In this document: in pieces, positions 35,537 to 46,739 of the stretch
Numbering within the stretch: the stretch's first letter is position 1
Layout: each line of letters begins with the position of its first letter
From: Pachysolen tannophilus NRRL Y-2460
Taxonomy: Eukaryota
Assembly: GCA_001661245.1 (NCBI GenBank)
Contig: KV454013.1
Location: 1,520,502 to 1,584,501, forward strand
Direction: 5' to 3'
DNA length: 64,000 nucleotides
Position numbers and translations under genes: made by a program
The notes under the pieces: generated by a model
Seen by the model: the letters and a program-made list of their open reading frames with translations, nothing else
What the model was told of the DNA's origin: nothing
Databases searched by the model: none

Positions 35537-37801
35537 TCACATACTACCACCTCCACGTTCAATTCCTAAAAATAAGAAAACTAGCCTATCTGCTCTTGCT
35601 TGAACTTTTGTTTGTAGCTTATCATACTTTCCTCTGAAAGGTCTAAAAGTTGTCTTTTCCAAACTTCGAAGACCAGTGAGATCTGCAGATTCAAATCCGT
35701 GTAGTTTATAATAGTTTTTCAATCTGTTGTGAATGTTTTTAGGTTTATTGCTCAAAGAAGCCGTTTTCTTTGGGACTTTGAATACTTTATTTCTTTTATT
35801 ATTTCTTCTTTTCAGATTATTTTTCTTTTTATTTCTCTTATTTATTTTCTTGGCTCTGTGATTTGCGGATTTGGCTATCAAAAGTCTTCCATACTTGTCT
35901 TGACTTTTTTTTGCCCTTCTCTTTACAGCTGAGAATTTGTTATGCTCCAGGACTTTTTGGGTTACCACTATATCAGTAATGTTTCTATTGCTATTATCTT
36001 TATTTTCTTGTTCCAGTTGATTATGGTAATAATCAAAAAACCAATACCTCCAAAACGAATGGTGATTTTTCTGTACTGTAGATATCACTTCAGTTTCTGG
36101 AATATCAATCCATTCATTTTTTTTATGGAAAAAAATTCTCTCAGATAATTCTGCTAATCTTTTTTTAAATCTTTCTCTTCTATGACCATGTCGATAGTTA
36201 TTATACTTGATACCCTGACTTCTTTTTGATATTCTTTTTTTGCAGGAAGTTTTTGTAATTTCTAAATTTTGATGTGGTTGAGTTTGAGTTTGATGTTTCA
36301 CTTTTTTATTTTTTGGCAATAAAGTTTGATTTGTATTTTCCAAATCCTCTGTTGCTGTATCATCAACAAAGTTGGATGTTGGAAAATTTTCAATTTCTTC
36401 AAACTCAAGCAGATTAGAATTGTTATTGTTATTTATAACGTTTCTTCCATTTGTAGAAGTTGAAAGCAGAAGAGGAGGCGCAGAAGCTGATTTAATTTTT
36501 CCATTTGTTAATTGATAATCAAAAATGCTAATCCATTTTGGTGGAGGAACTGGTTGACATGCAGACTTGGACTTTTCCTGTAGATAATGCTTAAAACAGG
36601 ATGGAGATTCTATATCTTTATTTTTGATGCCGCTCTTGCTTTGGCTCTGAGGATGTTGAGATTTATTTTGTAAAGTTGAAGAGTCAACGGCATTTGGTGA
36701 AACTATAACTGTAGAATTTGATTTTTCGTTTCCTTTTTCTTCAATAACAGACTGTCCGAAATTATTGACTGTGTCAGTTTTAATCTCTTGTTTGCAATTT
36801 TCTGTAATTACTGAAAGTTTCTCTCTTAGTACAGGTATATCAAATTCTAAACCATCAGAAGTTGGTTCTGTAAACATTGCAACACATTGGCTTAATAGTT
36901 CAATGATGTTTTCTTTATTTCCAGTAGCTTTATTAAACTTTGTTTTTTTTTGCAATAAACCATCCAAGGATAATTCAAATAGAGATACCAAAGTGTTTCT
37001 AACAAATAAGCTATCCTTACGAGCAGCAAAATATTTATAAAACCAGTCTAATAAAAGTTCAATGTTTTCAAAATCAACAGATTGAACAATAAAAGACATT
37101 GTAGTCATTAAAATTTTTTTATGATTGTCATAATCAAATTTACCCTTTTTCAAATCTGAACTTTTTTGTAAAGCAATTATTGCGCTATTCATTAGATGAT
37201 CCAATAATATACCATTGGTATACATAGACAGTTTAAAATTGGAATTTGAAATACTCATTAACTGCTTAATAATTTGACATGTATGACTCAATAATTGTGT
37301 TGTGTCAGAATCGGTAAATCTATTCTCATGCACTGATTGACTATTAGTAGTTAATCTTAAACTTATTGTTCCCTGATGATTAATATAAGTTAATAAACTT
37401 GGCATAATTAACTTATCAGTTATTTTGTTTGCCTTTGTTGCTAAAGAATCTTTAAAAGATTTTTCCCTTTCATACCGTGTAATGATCTCGTTAAAATCTT
37501 TCAAAACTAATAACGGGAATTCATAAGGTGCATCACTTAATAAATAACTTAAATAAGTTAAAGCCTGTTTCGAATTTTCAAACTTAAAGATAGTCTTGTT
37601 AAAACCAGCAGAACCAGCACCAGCAATACTGGATAATGAAATCTCAAGATTTGTTGGTCTCAAGGATTGAGAAGTGGCTACACTAGCTGCAACCTTTTGA
37701 GATTTTTGTTCTTTTGTAGAATCCCTCTTATCTATATTGATTAACAAGAGATTTGCGTTTTCAGGAAGACTCAAGTTATGATTTGGAATCGTGTCAGCCA
37801 T
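35537..37801 (-). CDS. Hypothetical protein (helical N-half, very basic C-terminal region)
   Basis: About 754 codons open from ATG 37801 (MADTIPNHN) in AT-rich DNA; no motif recognised. Confidence 0.7.
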   Translation of the reverse strand: MADTIPNHNLSLPENANLLLINIDKRDSTKEQKSQKVAASVATSQSLRPTNLEISLSSIAGAGSAGFNKTIFKFENSKQALTYLSYLLSDAPYEFPLLVLKDFNEIITRYEREKSFKDSLATKANKITDKLIMPSLLTYINHQGTISLRLTTNSQSVHENRFTDSDTTQLLSHTCQIIKQLMSISNSNFKLSMYTNGILLDHLMNSAIIALQKSSDLKKGKFDYDNHKKILMTTMSFIVQSVDFENIELLLDWFYKYFAARKDSLFVRNTLVSLFELSLDGLLQKKTKFNKATGNKENIIELLSQCVAMFTEPTSDGLEFDIPVLREKLSVITENCKQEIKTDTVNNFGQSVIEEKGNEKSNSTVIVSPNAVDSSTLQNKSQHPQSQSKSGIKNKDIESPSCFKHYLQEKSKSACQPVPPPKWISIFDYQLTNGKIKSASAPPLLLSTSTNGRNVINNNNNSNLLEFEEIENFPTSNFVDDTATEDLENTNQTLLPKNKKVKHQTQTQPHQNLEITKTSCKKRISKRSQGIKYNNYRHGHRRERFKKRLAELSERIFFHKKNEWIDIPETEVISTVQKNHHSFWRYWFFDYYHNQLEQENKDNSNRNITDIVVTQKVLEHNKFSAVKRRAKKSQDKYGRLLIAKSANHRAKKINKRNKKKNNLKRRNNKRNKVFKVPKKTASLSNKPKNIHNRLKNYYKLHGFESADLTGLRSLEKTTFRPFRGKYDKLQTKVQARADRLVFLFLGIERGGGSM

Positions 37802-38364
37802 TATGTTTTCTAAACAAGAAAGACAAAAAGACGAAAAGAAAAAATGAAAAAGAAAATAAATAAATAAATAGCGATCAGAACTTAGATAGGATAACAAGCA
37901 ACAGCGAGTAACGTTTAATATGTTAAATTGATTATACCTATAACATTAAACTAATATTTTCTGGGCGTTTAATCGTTAAAGCAAAAAAGTTATTTTGTAT
38001 AATTTGAGAAAGAGCAAGAAAAACAAAAAAAAAAGAAGAAAATAAAAAACTTGGCGATGGAAAACAAAACTCTAACTTTCAATTTGGGGCATGGAGTTCA
38101 ACAATTGGTTTTTGTGTAAGCCATAAAACAAGAAAAAAAAAAATAGAAACAACGATTATGCAAGATGCAGAAAAATCAAACAATTGAACTAATCAACCTG
38201 CATAAACGCCGCATTTAAGAAGGCTCATTAATTTTTAAAACTAGTAGTGCATTAACTATCAATTACAGGGTTTTTGTAGATGGTGTAAGATGTTCAGCGG
38301 TCTCGGTGTTGGGATGTATAATATTTAATTTAGCAATTTAGCTGGCCTAACAAAAAAAATTTAG

Positions 38365-38444
38365 TAGGGCTAGTAACCCTAAATAACTTTAAGTAAAATT
38401 TATTCTGCCAAACTAATAATTTTTTTTCAGTGACAATTCACGTG
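38365..38444. promoter_or_regulatory. Tbf1-type inverted site plus Cbf1 site in the RPP0 promoter
   Basis: TAGGGCTAGTAACCCTAA 38365-38382 and TCACGTG 38438-38444, 250-320 bp upstream of the RPP0 ATG. Confidence 0.65.
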
Positions 38445-38688
38445 TCACAAAGTTTTTCAAGTTTTTCAAGTTTTTCACCTTCACCTTTGCAATCCACCAA
38501 ACGTTGGGTGAGTTTAGTAGGCAAAAAAAGAAAAAAAAGAGGAAAAATTCCTCGTAGAATATAAAAGTGTTTTCTCTTTTTTTCTTCTTTTTTTTTGTTT
38601 TTTCGTTTTTTACTTTTTAGTTTTATTATATAACTATATAAATCGTTTAGAGAGTCTTTAAACAACCTATCCTTATATATAAGTCGAA

Positions 38689-39630
38689 ATGGGAGGTTCT
38701 CGTGAAAACAAAGCTGAATACTTTGCCAAATTAAGGCAATTATTGGAAGAATACAAGTCTATTTTCGTTGTTGGTGTTGATAATGTTTCTTCCCAACAAA
38801 TGCACGAAATTAGAAAGGCTTTACGTGGTGATGCTGTTGTCTTGATGGGTAAGAACACCATGGTTAGAAGAGCTATCAGAGGTTTCTTGTCTGACTTGCC
38901 AGATTTCGAAAGATTATTACCTTATGTCAAGGGTAATGTTGGTTTTATCTTCACCAATGCTGATTTGAAAACCATCAGAGACACCATTATTGCTAACAAG
39001 GTTGCTGCTCCAGCTAGAGCCGGTGCTTTTGCTCCAGCTGATGTTTGGATTCCAGCCGGTAACACTGGTATGGAACCAGGTAAGACTTCTTTCTTCCAAG
39101 CATTAGGTGTTCCAACCAAGATTGCAAGAGGTACCATTGAAATTACCACTGATGTTAAAGTTGTTGAAGCCAACGGTAAGGTTGGTCCATCCGAAGCTAG
39201 TTTGTTGAACATGTTAAACATTTCTCCATTCACTTATGGTATGGCTGTTCTTCAAGTTTACGCTGATGGTCAAGTTTTCCCACCATCAATCTTGGATATC
39301 ACCGACGATGAGTTGATTGGTCACTTTGTCTCAGCTGTCAACACCATTGCTTCAATCTCCTTGGCTATTGGTTACCCAACTTTACCATCTGTTGGTCACT
39401 CAGTCATCAACCACTACAAGAACGTCTTGGCTTTATCCATTGCTACTGACTACACTTTTGAAGGTTCAGAAGCTATCAAGGAAAGATTGGCTAACCCAGA
39501 AGCTTTTGCTGCTGCTGTCGCTGCTGCTCCAGCTGCTGGTGCTTCAGAAGCTGCTGCCGCTGAAGAAGAAGCTGCTCCAGAAGATAAAGAAGAATCAGAT
39601 GATGATATGGGTTTCGGTTTATTCGATTAA
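38689..39630 (+). CDS. RPP0: 60S acidic ribosomal protein P0 (uL10)
   Basis: [27 protein letters not shown]-terminal [13 protein letters not shown]. Confidence 0.98.
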   Translation: MGGSRENKAEYFAKLRQLLEEYKSIFVVGVDNVSSQQMHEIRKALRGDAVVLMGKNTMVRRAIRGFLSDLPDFERLLPYVKGNVGFIFTNADLKTIRDTIIANKVAAPARAGAFAPADVWIPAGNTGMEPGKTSFFQALGVPTKIARGTIEITTDVKVVEANGKVGPSEASLLNMLNISPFTYGMAVLQVYADGQVFPPSILDITDDELIGHFVSAVNTIASISLAIGYPTLPSVGHSVINHYKNVLALSIATDYTFEGSEAIKERLANPEAFAAAVAAAPAAGASEAAAAEEEAAPEDKEESDDDMGFGLFD

Positions 39631-40087
39631 ACTTGAAACACTTTTCTCTCTTTTTTGAAAAACTTTTCTTCCAGATATACTCTAACGTGTATTGTATCCA
39701 TTTAATGCCTTAGTTAAAAAGAAATATATATATATACATTTACATGTGGTCTGAAAGTTAAAATAACAAGCATATCGTAGGTAGATTGAATTGAACTAAA
39801 TGGTTAACCATTTACCAGCCTCTTATCTAAATTTTCCTTTTTTAGTAGAAATAACTATTCACACGCCACTATTTACTTAAACAAAAGCAGTTATAATTAA
39901 TTAGCCACCAATTTCCTAAAAGAGGCGATGTGCTAATTTTGTTTTGTTTTTTCCACATGGTTATTTTAAATAAGGTAAAAAAATGGGTAATCGATGAGCA
40001 TTCTCATTCCTGACTTTCTCTTTAAATTTCAATTATTGGTGTCAAGTAAAGTTTCTTGATTCCAGATCGTCTTTCTTATTGACTGCT

Positions 40088-42688
40088 ATGGCTAAGGGTT
40101 TGGGACAAGAAGACTGGGCGATATTGCAGAATCAGCCTTCTGTTGAACAATTAAGGGATTCTTTAATAACTAAGTTGGACTTTCAGAATGATATAGATTT
40201 GAAATTGATTACATTGCTATTGAATAACGTGGTTGATTTAAGTGATACTTTACCAGCAGATTTGAAAGATCAGTTGATTAAGATATTTGGTTATAATTTA
40301 ATCGGTATAAATTGTCTTATTAATAAAATCAAGTTTTATTTATCAGAAGAAAATGTTCTTAGATTTCAAGATATAAAACGGTATTTTGATTTATTGATTA
40401 AAGTCATTGGTCATGATGATTTATTGTACCGTTTGTTGCAAAATTTATCATCACCATTACAGTTGAAAGAGTTAAAATCGGTATTTTTTGGATCCAAGTT
40501 GTTTACTTTGTTAAATCAATGTTTTGTGCAGTATCAATTAGAAACAGAATATTCAGAAAGAGGAAATTACATTGCTAAGTTTACAAATCAATTTTTAGTA
40601 TTATTGGACAAAAATTATTCAAACTATCATGAATTATCAGAAATTTTTGTTTCAATCTTGAAATTTGATATCGATACTAGTCCAAAGATTTTTTCCCACT
40701 TTATCACACAAGAATATTTCCCTTATTTATTACATATATATCAAAATAGCAAAAATAATAATGAATTGATAACTACTCATTTAATCAAATACTTGAACTC
40801 TATATCGATTGAAGAAAATGAAATCATACCGTATGCCATAATATTGAGGAATTTTCAAATCAATTGTAATATTGTGGAGTCAACAATATTATTGAATAAT
40901 TTAACTTTGTTAAAAATTCTAATCATTTCATTACTAGACGAAAATGATTCTGTAACTTTATTTCAATGTTTCCAGCAAATAATAAATGGATGGGGACAAC
41001 AAATTTTTATTTCTAAAACTGCATTAAGTTTACAACAAAATTATTCTAGGTTTCTTGTCATTTCAATAAATTATTTCAATTTAGAGCAAAATAGAAAAAT
41101 CTCGGAAGAACCGAATTTTCTAAATTCAATAACTAATAGAATAAGTTCAGTCAGTGACAGAGTGAGATCTTTAGGTATGTTAATAGGAGATTGTGTTTTT
41201 GAAAAAATAAAAGGAGAGAAGGTATTTAAGATTGATCAACAAACAGATTTTGAACAAACCTTTATGAATGATTTGGGATTGTTGTTTGAGAAAGATGATT
41301 TTTTGAAATATTTAGAAACAAGAGTAATGGATGTTTTCAAAGATATTAAAACGGGAAAACCAAGGAGAAAAGTGCTCCACCAAGAAGATATAGAACAGAC
41401 AGTAGCTTCTCTTTCCGAAAGAATTCCAACTTCAATGAAAATATCAGTTCCCGATGACAATGAAGATGAAGATATGGAAGACTCAGATGATGATCCATCG
41501 TTAGCCAAGAAATCAGAGGTTCACATCCCGCTATATCTAAAAGATTTGGTGACTTACTTGACTCTGTCAAAGGATGGAAATAGTTATGAAATGAACAAAT
41601 TGGCTCTAACTTATGGATCTAATTTGATACTAAGATCGAATATAAAAGATTTGAGGTTTTATAACGAAGCATTAATAAATTGCTTAATTGGTTTGAATAA
41701 TAATTTTAATATTGAGAATTTTGATGATTTGAGATTAAAATGTTTGGTAGGTTGCTGTTGTGGAGACCCAGAAGAGTCTACATCTATTATAATTAAACTA
41801 TTCTTAAGCGGTGATTATTCTTTACAGCAAAGATTAGTGTTACTAACTACATTATCTTTAAGTGCTAGGCATTCAAGAGGATTTACTGATAATAATTTGG
41901 AGCTAAAAAAACCAGAGTTTCCTTCTAAACTTCTACCTCCGCATTTACATAAACAGTTTATGATATATGAGACGAGTTTGATGACCGATCCGATTGAGAA
42001 ATCATTAGAAGAAGGTCTAATTGATGAAACTATGGAAAAAAACAGAGAGAAACTTATGGGTCTGGGAAATATTTTACGAATATCTTCGAAATTGAGAAAG
42101 AAAGAACAATCTTTCCCTTCAAATCCAACCAAAACAAGAATAGTTAATTTTTACAAAATTGTTGGATCAAAATTTTATTTTCCATTGACTAATATATGGT
42201 TTACTCTTGTTGAAAATGGACAACAATTGGGTTTTAATGTTGGAAATTACTCCCTGATTTTAAGTTCTCATTTTATCAAGACAATAGGATTGATACTACA
42301 TACAGCCTTTCCTTCCTCTGTTGACATTCATGATATGATTAAAGAGGCTTTCAACATAGTCATTCCATTAACTGCTAAGATTTTCAAATCACTGAATAAA
42401 TCGCCTAATGATACGACAGGTAAAAATGACGACTTGTTAATTCTTGATTCCATGACTTTTGTAGTTTTAATAATATTGGACAATTCGAATGAGCAATTCT
42501 TGATTAACTTTTATCTCAACGAGTTAGCTGTTCTAAAGAATTGGTTAGCTGATTTATTGTCTAATTATTCTGATCTAATTGAAGGTGGAGATGCAAAATT
42601 ATTTGGAAAATGCTACGCATGTCTTTTTAGGTTGAACGAATTATTTGAGAAATTTCAAAGGTTGTTGATTGGGGAAGATATGATATAG
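40088..42688 (+). CDS. TEL2: TTT-complex subunit Tel2
   Basis: FLNSITNRISS...R.LGM, acidic SDDD linker, PLYLKDLV.YL, GDYSLQQRL..L..LSLSA, FPSKLLP, FYFPL. Confidence 0.88.
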   Translation: MAKGLGQEDWAILQNQPSVEQLRDSLITKLDFQNDIDLKLITLLLNNVVDLSDTLPADLKDQLIKIFGYNLIGINCLINKIKFYLSEENVLRFQDIKRYFDLLIKVIGHDDLLYRLLQNLSSPLQLKELKSVFFGSKLFTLLNQCFVQYQLETEYSERGNYIAKFTNQFLVLLDKNYSNYHELSEIFVSILKFDIDTSPKIFSHFITQEYFPYLLHIYQNSKNNNELITTHLIKYLNSISIEENEIIPYAIILRNFQINCNIVESTILLNNLTLLKILIISLLDENDSVTLFQCFQQIINGWGQQIFISKTALSLQQNYSRFLVISINYFNLEQNRKISEEPNFLNSITNRISSVSDRVRSLGMLIGDCVFEKIKGEKVFKIDQQTDFEQTFMNDLGLLFEKDDFLKYLETRVMDVFKDIKTGKPRRKVLHQEDIEQTVASLSERIPTSMKISVPDDNEDEDMEDSDDDPSLAKKSEVHIPLYLKDLVTYLTLSKDGNSYEMNKLALTYGSNLILRSNIKDLRFYNEALINCLIGLNNNFNIENFDDLRLKCLVGCCCGDPEESTSIIIKLFLSGDYSLQQRLVLLTTLSLSARHSRGFTDNNLELKKPEFPSKLLPPHLHKQFMIYETSLMTDPIEKSLEEGLIDETMEKNREKLMGLGNILRISSKLRKKEQSFPSNPTKTRIVNFYKIVGSKFYFPLTNIWFTLVENGQQLGFNVGNYSLILSSHFIKTIGLILHTAFPSSVDIHDMIKEAFNIVIPLTAKIFKSLNKSPNDTTGKNDDLLILDSMTFVVLIILDNSNEQFLINFYLNELAVLKNWLADLLSNYSDLIEGGDAKLFGKCYACLFRLNELFEKFQRLLIGEDMI

Positions 42689-42894
42689 ATTTGTATTTAG
42701 ACATAAAAATACAGCAATATATAGTATAAATGAAAATCGAATTGATTAGATTAGTATTGCAGAAACGCTCTAAGGTGCTATATAAAACAAAGTTCAAAAA
42801 GAATTATGAATAGATATAATAATATACCATGCTAAGTACAAAAAAAAAAAAAACAACAACATTCAGTAAGATCAATATAAACAACAGGTCAACT

Positions 42895-45800
42895 TTATTT
42901 AGGTTCAACGTTATACTTCATTTTGATACCCATTGCAGCTAACTCGGAGTCTAAGAATTTCAACACGAATGGAATAGCAACAGTAGTAGTATCATTACCA
43001 CCAATGAATCTGTTTCCTTGTCCATCTTCCCAAACATCAGACTCGTCAACTCCAAGACTCGATATTGCAAGCAATTTGTCCACGCTTACAGAACAACGGC
43101 GACAACGAGTTGAAGCCTGAGTACCAATTCTTGGAACAGATGTTTGTGTTGTTAATAATGATCCACAAGATCTACATATGGCAGTTTGAGTGTAATCTGA
43201 ACAATTCAACAATCTATCTTGTAATAAGAATGAGGTACCATGACCGATCAATGCATCTCTCTCCATTTCTCCAACACGAATACCACCCGATCTCTTACGC
43301 CCTTTAACAGGTTGCATAGTTAATGAATTGACAGGACCTGTGGATCTAACTTGGAACTTGTCGTTAACCATATGTCTCAAACGTTGGTAATAAACAACAC
43401 CAATGTATATATCTGCACGTAATTCTTCACCAGTAGCACCAGAATACATTGGCTCATTACCATGATAGTTGTAACCAGCGGCCTTCAATTGTTCCCCAAA
43501 GAAATCTGCTGGAGTATCATCTTCACTGAATTGCCAAGGTGTTGAATTTTGAGCAATACCGTGTAATGCACCAGCCTTACCAGCCAAAGATTCGACAAAC
43601 ATACCAATAGTCATACGAGATGGGAAAGCATGCGGATTAATAATAACATCAGGTTGGATACCTGTTTCAGAGAAAGGCATATCGACAGTTGGCCATTTTC
43701 TCGAACAAACACCCTTTTGACCATGTCTCGAAGAAAATTTATCTCCAATTTGAGGTTGTCTTGTTACTCTATATTTAATTGTCAAAGTTTGAAATTCTCT
43801 TTCCCCAGTGTCATCACCAAGTAATTTGACTTCATGAATATATGCTGGTTCTGATGAATGATAAGTTTTAATTTTAGTTCTTCCAATAGTATCGTCATAG
43901 AATGCAGCAACAGGATCACCTTCTTCGACTTTAACACCTACCAAAGGCAACCCATCCAGATCCAATTTTTCTCTCCACAGTTCTGGCCACTCGTCATCAC
44001 CAAAACCAAAATGCTGAGTTATTGGGTCACCACGTCTTCTATCCATTGCCAAATCAATTTTTTCAACTTTATATACGGTACCATATCCAAACCCTCTTTC
44101 ATCCGCAGATTTATTAATAATCATCGCATCATCCATATCGTAACCTGTATACGAGATGACTGCAACAACGGCATTTGTACCATTAGGGAAATTGTCCATT
44201 CCATAGCTATCGTATAAGTTAGCTTTAACAATTGGTGTTTGCCCAGTCTGCAACTGGTACAATTTATTATCTGATCTATGGCATAGAGCAACACCTGGAG
44301 TACCCATTGTTTGTTTTCCCATTTGACATTGATACATATTTCTTGGAGATTGGTTGAAATCAGAGAAAGGTGTAAGGTTAGCCAAGATTGACAATATATT
44401 TGTTGGTGAGAATTCAACATGTGAGTGAACTTTATTTTCAATTTCTGCTGGAGTAACAGCTATATTCATGTATACTTGTTCAAATGGACCAACGATATCT
44501 GTTTTATCAGTTGCCAAATATTTAACCGGTCTCATCATTCTTGAATGTCCACCAAAAAGATATAAACCAGGATATTGACCTTTAGTAGAAGGTGGAACGT
44601 ATCCAATTTCCAAATCTAAAGGTATATTTTTTGTGCCTTCAACTTTCCAATATCTTAATGTATCAGCTACTATACGACCCTTTTCATGTGTACACCACCC
44701 AACAATCTTACCATCAAGTTGAACACAACACATATTAGGTCCAGCCGCAAATGAATGTGATGGAGAGACACCTAATGTTGCTAAAATCTCTGGAATTTTT
44801 GAAACATCTGACTGTTGTGTAGAAATTTTACATTTATGAGCTAAATGATTTAACAACCCACAAGGAGAACCATCTGGTGTATGGACAGGACATAAGAATC
44901 CCCATGATTCTGGAAGTAATTTACGAACAGTTGTAGTTTTTAATTGAGCAAAGAAGGAACCTCTATGCACCATTCTAAAATGAGAAATAAATCTGTAAAA
45001 ATTGATCTTTTCAGCAACAACTGTATAACCTGAAACTTGTTGTAAATCTAAACCGGATTGAGATACCAAATTACCAGTACTTAAGAAATATTGTAATTTT
45101 TGACCAATATTTTCATTTATTCTTAAAAATACTCTATTCATGTATTTTCTATCGTTGAAATTTATAGCAACACCTCTATTTATATCAGATTGAATTTGTA
45201 AACGGATATTATTTAAATATTCTTCAATTTTTTCTTTAATGATCATTCCATAAAGGAATCCACCAAGTAATATTTCTTGATGTTGGGTAGCATCTGGATT
45301 ATCAGGTGAACATTCACCACCAACCAAGGAATATAATTTTCTGATCATGAATAATAACAATGAGAATTTATCTGAATTTTTAGGTAAATGTACTAATACA
45401 ATTCTTTTCAAGACTTCTTTACCAACTTCAACATCTGAAAGATCCGGTGTAGCATTGAATACAACTCTAAATTTATCACCCAAGAATGCCAATGTTTCTT
45501 GTTGAGAATATAAATTATAATTTTTATAAGTTCTTAACAACAATTCTAAACGATCTGTTAAGAAAGAATTTGTAGTATCAGAACCAACAATACCATCAAA
45601 AATTTCTCTATCATTTGTTTCAATTAATGCTTTTAAAATCATCATTACTGGAACCAAATATTCATTTTTCCTCCAACTAAATCTAAAAGTTACATTACCA
45701 TCGTTTAAATAATGCAAGACATTTGTTTGTGAAGTTTGATCTGGTCTAACAGATCTTATTTGAATACCATATTTTGTATATGAAGCACCTCTATTAGCAA

Positions 45801-46404
45801 ATGATGGACGAATAATAGCCATAGGATGATTTCTTCTTTGAACAACCAACATACGAATCAATTTTTCAATACCATTAACAATAAAATAACCTCCAGTTTC
45901 ATCTGATTCTTCTTTATGATTAACTAATTCATCAGGTGACATATTTGCTAAATGACATCTATTAGATTTTAACATTATTGGTACTTGTCCTGCTTCTCTT
46001 ATTTCACTAATCTCTTCACCATCATTAACTCTCCAAGCCAACTTCAACATAAACCTAGATCTATATGTACTCATTCTTTCTCTACATTCTGAAGGATAAG
46101 TTCTTCTATTAATCGATATCTTATCATTTTGAGGTACCAGAGGTTTCCCAAGTTCCACAGAATCAACTCTAATTTCTAATTTGTTTCCCAACCGTTTCTC
46201 ATCATTCGTATCAAATACAGTCCGAGTTCCTATATCTTTAACTGCCAAATTTAATAACCCACCATCTAAACCTTCAGTTAAAGCATTGAATGATCCAACA
46301 TGTGGTGCTACTGCATCCACAAGAAAAGGGTAAAGCTCCTTCTTATCAGTAGGAGGCTCTCTAAATCTTTCCTCACGCTCTAGAGTTTTGAATTGTGCTT
46401 TCAT
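42895..46404 (-). CDS. RPA135: RNA polymerase I second-largest subunit
   Basis: FKTLEREERF, GGYFIVNGIEK, LLPESWGFLCPVHTPDGSPCGL, GDKFSSRHGQKG, RVGEMERD and a C-terminal zinc ribbon. Confidence 0.98.
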   Translation of the reverse strand: MKAQFKTLEREERFREPPTDKKELYPFLVDAVAPHVGSFNALTEGLDGGLLNLAVKDIGTRTVFDTNDEKRLGNKLEIRVDSVELGKPLVPQNDKISINRRTYPSECRERMSTYRSRFMLKLAWRVNDGEEISEIREAGQVPIMLKSNRCHLANMSPDELVNHKEESDETGGYFIVNGIEKLIRMLVVQRRNHPMAIIRPSFANRGASYTKYGIQIRSVRPDQTSQTNVLHYLNDGNVTFRFSWRKNEYLVPVMMILKALIETNDREIFDGIVGSDTTNSFLTDRLELLLRTYKNYNLYSQQETLAFLGDKFRVVFNATPDLSDVEVGKEVLKRIVLVHLPKNSDKFSLLLFMIRKLYSLVGGECSPDNPDATQHQEILLGGFLYGMIIKEKIEEYLNNIRLQIQSDINRGVAINFNDRKYMNRVFLRINENIGQKLQYFLSTGNLVSQSGLDLQQVSGYTVVAEKINFYRFISHFRMVHRGSFFAQLKTTTVRKLLPESWGFLCPVHTPDGSPCGLLNHLAHKCKISTQQSDVSKIPEILATLGVSPSHSFAAGPNMCCVQLDGKIVGWCTHEKGRIVADTLRYWKVEGTKNIPLDLEIGYVPPSTKGQYPGLYLFGGHSRMMRPVKYLATDKTDIVGPFEQVYMNIAVTPAEIENKVHSHVEFSPTNILSILANLTPFSDFNQSPRNMYQCQMGKQTMGTPGVALCHRSDNKLYQLQTGQTPIVKANLYDSYGMDNFPNGTNAVVAVISYTGYDMDDAMIINKSADERGFGYGTVYKVEKIDLAMDRRRGDPITQHFGFGDDEWPELWREKLDLDGLPLVGVKVEEGDPVAAFYDDTIGRTKIKTYHSSEPAYIHEVKLLGDDTGEREFQTLTIKYRVTRQPQIGDKFSSRHGQKGVCSRKWPTVDMPFSETGIQPDVIINPHAFPSRMTIGMFVESLAGKAGALHGIAQNSTPWQFSEDDTPADFFGEQLKAAGYNYHGNEPMYSGATGEELRADIYIGVVYYQRLRHMVNDKFQVRSTGPVNSLTMQPVKGRKRSGGIRVGEMERDALIGHGTSFLLQDRLLNCSDYTQTAICRSCGSLLTTQTSVPRIGTQASTRCRRCSVSVDKLLAISSLGVDESDVWEDGQGNRFIGGNDTTTVAIPFVLKFLDSELAAMGIKMKYNVEPK

Positions 46405-46550
46405 CTTCTAATAGAAAAGACCCACCACTATTAAACTCTTTTCCTTTCCTTTATATCTTTAAAACTCTAGTTCTATTAGTATATGAACAAAAAAAACCAA
46501 AAACCAAAAACCAAAAAAATGTTTAATACCGTTTCTAAGGTTTTGCAGAG

Positions 46551-46561
46551 AAATTTTTTCA
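46551..46561 (-). promoter_or_regulatory. RRPE-like element in the divergent RPA135/THG1 promoter
   Basis: AAATTTTTTCA, which is TGAAAAAATTT on the minus strand, about 150 bp upstream of RPA135. The AT-rich background lowers specificity. Confidence 0.4.
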
Positions 46562-46739
46562 CTTTTTTCACTTTTTTAAAGAAAAGAAAAAAAAAAAAAA
46601 AAAAGAAAAAAAAAAATTTTTTTTTATAAAGAAAAAAGAGAGGGTAAATGAGGGAAGAAGAGGTACAAAAGATAATATAAAACAATAACGAGAATAACGA
46701 CAACGATAATAAAGATAAGAAGAGTATGGAAATTATAAG

